From Anaerolineales bacterium (GTDB lineage Bacteria; Chloroflexota; Anaerolineae; Anaerolineales; UBA11579), in contig JAJTXV010000006.1 in NCBI GenBank assembly GCA_021463845.1, positions 49,089-113,088 of the forward strand: 64,000 nt of DNA, written 5' to 3'. Position numbers and translations under genes: made by a program. The notes beneath the pieces were generated by a model that was not told where the DNA came from, ran no database searches, and worked only from the letters and a program-made list of their open reading frames with translations. Every line of letters begins with the position of its first letter. The first letter of the stretch is position 1. Shown here in pieces: positions 62,052-64,000 of the stretch.

Positions 62052-62483
62052 ATGGCAAAACATGCACTTTTCAGCGGCTTGGTCATTGACGAGTTTGACC
62101 AGCCGGTCACTTCCACCCATGTGGGCGAGGAAGCTGTCTACGTAGTCAACGATCAGGGGTTCATGCGCCATGTCTCTTCAGAAGATGTGGACCGCCAGGT
62201 GTTGCGCCAAATGGGCGAGATGCTCTCTGGCCACGAGGAAGAGCTGAGCAAACAGGCTGCCCAGATGATGGGCCAGGATGACATATTCACCCAGGCCGCC
62301 ATTTTCAACCAACTCAAAAATGTGGACGAGCAGTTTGACCAGGTACTGGCCCAGGGGTTGCCGGAAGCCAGCCGGGCCTATCTGGGCATGAGCGGCTTCA
62401 AAGTCCGCATCAATCTGCATGGCGAGGTGCTGGAAGTGATCCAGCCCGGCCAGATCGCCCCCGAAGACGGGGAAGACGAGTAA
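62052..62483 (+). CDS. acidic hypothetical protein
   Basis: 143 aa; coding-like composition; terminator directly downstream. No family recognised. Confidence 0.5.
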   Translation: MAKHALFSGLVIDEFDQPVTSTHVGEEAVYVVNDQGFMRHVSSEDVDRQVLRQMGEMLSGHEEELSKQAAQMMGQDDIFTQAAIFNQLKNVDEQFDQVLAQGLPEASRAYLGMSGFKVRINLHGEVLEVIQPGQIAPEDGEDE

Positions 62484-62484
62484 C

Positions 62485-62520
62485 AAAAAAAGCTCGGGCT
62501 ATGCCCGAGCTTTTGATTTT
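62485..62520. terminator. bidirectional rho-independent terminator
   Basis: aaaaaaagctcgggc ta tgcccgagcttttgatttt. Confidence 0.85.
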
Positions 62521-62534
62521 GAGCTTCCGACTGC

Positions 62535-62804
62535 CTACGGCAGGCGGATGATGAACTGGTAGCCGAACCAGGCAGCCGGGATGGCCGCCAGCCACGGCAG
62601 CACCTGGGAGGCGATGTGCAGGCCATCCGTGACCAGCTGCGGCACCTGCACCTGGAAGTATTCCAGGCCAAAGGCAGCCCCGGCGAACACGCCGAAGACT
62701 GCCGACCACACTACGCCGGCAATGGTGCCCGCAGCCAGCAGGCCCACAAAAATATCCGAGGCCGAGAGGCCGCTACCGTGCTCAGAAGTGTGTTCAGCAG
62801 ACAT
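62535..62804 (-). CDS. small membrane protein (89 aa)
   Basis: ATG at 62804 preceded by cggaggaatc; three hydrophobic segments. Confidence 0.55.
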   Translation of the reverse strand: MSAEHTSEHGSGLSASDIFVGLLAAGTIAGVVWSAVFGVFAGAAFGLEYFQVQVPQLVTDGLHIASQVLPWLAAIPAAWFGYQFIIRLP

Positions 62805-62832
62805 GATTCCTCCGAAAAAGTGACTAAGGGGC

Positions 62833-62860
62833 ATTATAGTGCAATTTGTGCAATTTGCAA
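62833..62860 (-). promoter_or_regulatory. sigma-70-type promoter for the small membrane protein gene
   Basis: Minus strand: TTGCAA (62855-62860), 16 nt, TATAAT (62833-62838). Confidence 0.5.
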
Positions 62861-62928
62861 CTTTTGCCCTAAAGTACGGGTATAATCCTGCCTCGTTACT
62901 TTAGACTTAGCAAAAGCAAGGAAAGAAG

Positions 62929-63105
62929 ATGCCCAAAAGAACTTATCAGCCCAAGAAGCGCCGCCGCGTGCGTGTGCATGGCTTCCGCAAACGCATGTCC
63001 AGCTCCACGGGCCAGGATGTGCTCAAGCGCCGCCGCCTCAAGGGCCGCAAGAAGTTGACGGTGAAGGCCAATAACCACGTCAAGAAGGTGGACTGGAACG
63101 CCTAA
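62929..63105 (+). CDS. rpmH: 50S ribosomal protein L34 (with C-terminal extension)
   Basis: Not in the ORF track (58 aa). Hand translation: [60 protein letters not shown] aaggaaag. Followed by rnpA. Confidence 0.9.
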   Translation: MPKRTYQPKKRRRVRVHGFRKRMSSSTGQDVLKRRRLKGRKKLTVKANNHVKKVDWNA

Positions 63106-63163
63106 GCGCAGATGCGCTTAGGCTCCGTCACCTCCGACGAGGCGAGCAGGCTTTTTATTATCG

Positions 63164-63496
63164 GTGAAGCGAGGATTTCGCCTCAGCAGACCAGCCGATT
63201 TCAAACGGGTGCGGCGACTGGGAAAGTCCTACACGCACCCGTTTGTTGTGCTTGTAGTATTAGCAAATGATGTCGCCAGGCTGCGGGTGGGCGTGGCCGC
63301 CGGCCGCAGTGTCGGCGGCGCGGTGCAGCGCAACCGTGCCAAACGTGTGCTGCGGGCAGCCATGCAGCCGCTGCTCGAACGCATCAAACCCGGGCATGAC
63401 CTTGTGCTGATCGCCCGGCAAGGCATCCTCGCCAGCGGCAGCCCGCAGGCGCACGGCGTGCTGGAGCGGCTGCTGCAGCGAGCCAAACTTATATGA
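63164..63496 (+). CDS. rnpA: ribonuclease P protein component
   Basis: 110 aa; GTG start; RNR motif region [15 protein letters not shown]. Confidence 0.85.
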   Translation: MKRGFRLSRPADFKRVRRLGKSYTHPFVVLVVLANDVARLRVGVAAGRSVGGAVQRNRAKRVLRAAMQPLLERIKPGHDLVLIARQGILASGSPQAHGVLERLLQRAKLI

Positions 63497-63798
63497 ACGC
63501 ACACCTCACCCACGAGCACCCCGAGATCCACGAGCAGCCCGACCCGCCGCTGCGCGAGCTGCCGCGCACGCTGGCCAACCTGCCGCGCTTTCTGCTGCTC
63601 ATCCCCATCCGCATTTATCAGCTCACCTGGTCGCGCACCCTGCCGCCCGACACCTGTCGCTTCTACCCCACCTGCTCTCATTACACCTATCAAGCCATCT
63701 ACAAGTATGGCGCGCTCAAAGGCGGCGGCATGGGTATCTATCGCCTGCTGCGCTGCAACCCGTTCAATAAAAACGCCGGGTATGACCCGGTGCCATAA
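63493..63798 (+). CDS. yidD: membrane protein insertion efficiency factor YidD
   Basis: [31 protein letters not shown]...YRLLRCNPF; ATGA overlap with rnpA. Confidence 0.9.
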   Translation: MNAHLTHEHPEIHEQPDPPLRELPRTLANLPRFLLLIPIRIYQLTWSRTLPPDTCRFYPTCSHYTYQAIYKYGALKGGGMGIYRLLRCNPFNKNAGYDPVP

Positions 63799-63810
63799 TT
63801 GGGAAGAGGA

Positions 63811-64000
63811 ATGAAGAAAAACACTTTGCTTAAACTTGCCTTCTTGGCCCTGCTCAGCCTGGCGCTCACCGCCTGCGGCAGTGTAGCGCCGCTCTCCTGG
63901 CCCGGCATCCATGTAGACGAGGCCAGCGGCCGCGCCTACGTGGCCTACCAGAACCATGTCACCGCGCTGAACACGCAGAGCGGCTCCTCAGTCTGGGAAT
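63811..64000 (+). CDS. lipoprotein, 5' partial at window end (possibly PQQ/beta-propeller repeat)
   Basis: SD ggaagagga; MKKNTLLKLAFLALLSLALTAC lipobox. Truncated by the window end, so the family call is weak. Confidence 0.5.
   Translation, partial: MKKNTLLKLAFLALLSLALTACGSVAPLSWPGIHVDEASGRAYVAYQNHVTALNTQSGSSVWE

Noticed and set aside
62805-63163. Possible replication origin near rpmH-rnpA-yidD
   Set aside because: I found no cluster of TTATCCACA-type DnaA boxes or an AT-rich unwinding element here, and dnaA is not in the window. The tgcaatttg tandem words fit a promoter for the divergent small gene.

Overview
High-GC, gene-dense bacterial chromosomal segment (roughly two-thirds G+C by eye, not computed). 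My impression, untested, is a Chloroflexota/Anaerolineae-like genome. Most of it is housekeeping and envelope genes. These include metG, leuS (behind a T-box leader and two tandem tRNA-Ala genes), yceD-rpoD, rpmH-rnpA-yidD, yqeY-pgpH-ybeY, folC, trmB, rdgB, phnDCE, a class A PBP, an amidase and an L,D-transpeptidase. There are also two cold-shock genes and several second-messenger proteins (an FHA-GAF-cyclase, two HD-GYP proteins, a 7TM-HD protein). A run of secreted lipoproteins includes three tandem paralogs. I saw no rRNA, CRISPR array, transposase or integrase. The clearest anomaly is a sharply bounded ~1.8-kb low-GC island (29959-31756). It carries one 566-aa ORF with two N-terminal TM helices and a divergent Nudix-box-like motif, and is my best candidate for a horizontally acquired, undescribed stand-alone conflict/defence gene. 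Other points of interest: several families of dispersed palindromic (MITE/REP-like) intergenic repeats; 10-bp-periodic ATCTG repeats next to both aminoacyl-tRNA synthetase genes; a consensus promoter followed within ~20 nt by an intrinsic terminator upstream of yceD-rpoD; a perfect 34-bp AT-rich palindrome over a ribosome-binding site; and a large protein with a degenerate methyltransferase-like N-terminus. Many long ORFs in the track are antisense artefacts of the high GC content. All calls come from reading the sequence and recalling family motifs; no searches were run.
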